From Candidatus Cloacimonadota bacterium (lineage in GTDB: Bacteria > Cloacimonadota > Cloacimonadia > Cloacimonadales > JAIOQZ01): 64,000 nt of DNA. Below, piece by piece: positions 63,086 through 64,000 of the stretch (positions are counted from its first letter, which is position 1; each line of letters begins with the position of its first letter). Both the position numbers and the translations under genes were made by a program. The notes below the pieces were generated by a model. That model was not told the origin of the DNA. It saw nothing but the letters and a program-made list of their open reading frames with translations, and did no database searches. The stretch is from positions 30,051 through 94,050 of the forward strand of contig JAIOQZ010000026.1 in NCBI GenBank assembly GCA_021108395.1, written 5' to 3'.

Positions 63086-63373
63086 GGTTTCGTCCTTAAC
63101 TCAAGAATTACTGCAAAGCCTGTCGAGTGGCGGCATTCCGTCAAGCATTTACCGCTCGGAACATGGCGGGAAAGTGGGTTGTTCGTCGCGGCGGAAGAGG
63201 TTGGCCAGTTGCGGCAACAATTCGGGTTTGTCGTGTTCGACCAATCCGAGCGCGTAAAGCTGTCTTAACTTCCGTCAATCCACGGAGTTGGGACAATGCT
63301 GACGCAGTCAGATTTCAAAAAGGAAAACTTGACGAACTGTGAATTGCCCTGATTCTGTGCGTCAGGAGCATTC

Positions 63374-64000
63374 ATGAAAGCTTGCATTCTGATTATCGAT
63401 AGCGATAAAGGCATCCAGTACAGCTTCACCCAATTTCTTCAGCGAAGCGAGTACCGCGTGGAGTGCGCCGGCAGCCTGTCCGAGGCCGACCACTGGCTGG
63501 GACGAGTCTCGTTCGACGCCATTGTACTCGATCACCTGCTGCCCGACGGCGACGGCATCGGCTACATCCGGCGTCTGCGGCGGGACGGCGCCACTGTCCC
63601 GCTGATATTCATCACGGCAGAGGGCAACACCGGCCTGGCCATCGAAGCGATGCAGTCAGGGGCCGACATCTATCTCGATAAACCGATACGTTTCGGCGAA
63701 CTCGCTATTTTCCTCGAGAAGAGCTTCGAGATTGGCCGCATGCGGAGCAAGCTGCGCAGTGTGCAGCGACAACGGCGCGAGGCCAAGCCATTCTGGGGCG
63801 ACAACCAGTCCATACGTGAGACCAGACGTCTGGCAAAACTGGCCGCCGGTGACGACGTGACCGTGTTGCTGCAAGGCGAAACCGGCACCGGCAAGGGCCT
63901 GCTTGCCCAGTGGCTGCACGACCATAGCACTCGCGCCAGGAACGCCTTCGTCTCGGTCAACTGCGCCGGGCTGAAGGGCGACTTGCTGGCCAGCGAGCTG
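63374..64000 (+). CDS. Sigma-54-dependent response regulator (NtrC family), 5-prime partial, runs off the window
   Basis: Not in the ORF track because it has no stop in the window. ATG 63374 with AGGAG 5 nt upstream. My translation gives MKACILIIDSD..DAIVLDHLLPDGDG (receiver domain), then VLLQGETGTGKGLLAQWLH (AAA+ Walker A). Open through base 64000. Confidence 0.85.
   Translation, partial: MKACILIIDSDKGIQYSFTQFLQRSEYRVECAGSLSEADHWLGRVSFDAIVLDHLLPDGDGIGYIRRLRRDGATVPLIFITAEGNTGLAIEAMQSGADIYLDKPIRFGELAIFLEKSFEIGRMRSKLRSVQRQRREAKPFWGDNQSIRETRRLAKLAAGDDVTVLLQGETGTGKGLLAQWLHDHSTRARNAFVSVNCAGLKGDLLASEL

Noticed and set aside
63127-63342. ORFs in the glnS / ntrC-like spacer (63127-63342+, 62960-63268+, 63003-63257+). 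Also a minus-strand open stretch ending ..LYALGLVEHDKPELLPQLANLFRRDEQPTFPPCSER*.
   Set aside because: The plus-strand ORFs are Arg-rich with no RBS. The minus-strand stretch has no ATG or GTG start and is only about 40 codons long. It might be a gene remnant, but I cannot support it.
1-64000. Mobile genetic element, prophage, integron or defence island.
   Set aside because: No transposase, integrase, recombinase, reverse transcriptase, restriction/modification, toxin-antitoxin or phage structural motifs were recognised in any frame. The tRNA-Leu is not flanked by an integrase or a direct repeat of its 3-prime end.

Overview
High-GC (about 60% by eye) chromosomal segment. It is gene-dense, with long co-directional gene strings and many 4-nt start/stop overlaps. 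All family calls rest on motifs I recognise by eye; no database search was run.

I can support about 52 protein-coding genes and one tRNA-Leu(CAA). I found no rRNA, CRISPR array, transposase, integrase or phage genes.

Gene content suggests an anaerobic amino-acid and organic-acid fermenter:
- Fermentation and redox: hutH, tungsten-type aldehyde:ferredoxin oxidoreductase with its ferredoxin, acyl-CoA dehydrogenase, etfB, ackA.
- Housekeeping: purA, purB, purQ, purS, pssA, lgt, glnA, glnS, mtaB, cobB.
- Didermic envelope: Omp85-like, PorV/FadL-like and OmpW-like barrels, a Wza-like exporter, and a TPR-TonB_C lipoprotein.
- Two large secreted proteins end in a T9SS/FlgD-Ig-like C-terminal sorting domain. 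From this I infer (but cannot show) an FCB-superphylum-like uncultured lineage.

The signal least explained by genes is a mosaic family of short palindromic hairpin units. They fill at least five intergenic regions in different order and orientation, and their stems co-vary. One copy supplies the last 15 codons and the stop codon of a GH13 gene.

Other points worth a second look:
- A 42-nt promoter-like box is perfectly duplicated, at identical spacing, in front of two unrelated adjacent genes.
- A C6/G6-tract structured spacer with an exact 18-nt inverted repeat lies upstream of thiF-thiS, next to aor.
- A PorV-like gene is split by a frameshift at a GGG run and heads an operon with an M6 protease cargo and three tandem paralogous membrane proteins.
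- A phosphatidylserine-decarboxylase-like gene has no Gly-Ser processing site.
- An orphan GlmL-like ATPase sits in a three-gene module of unknown function.
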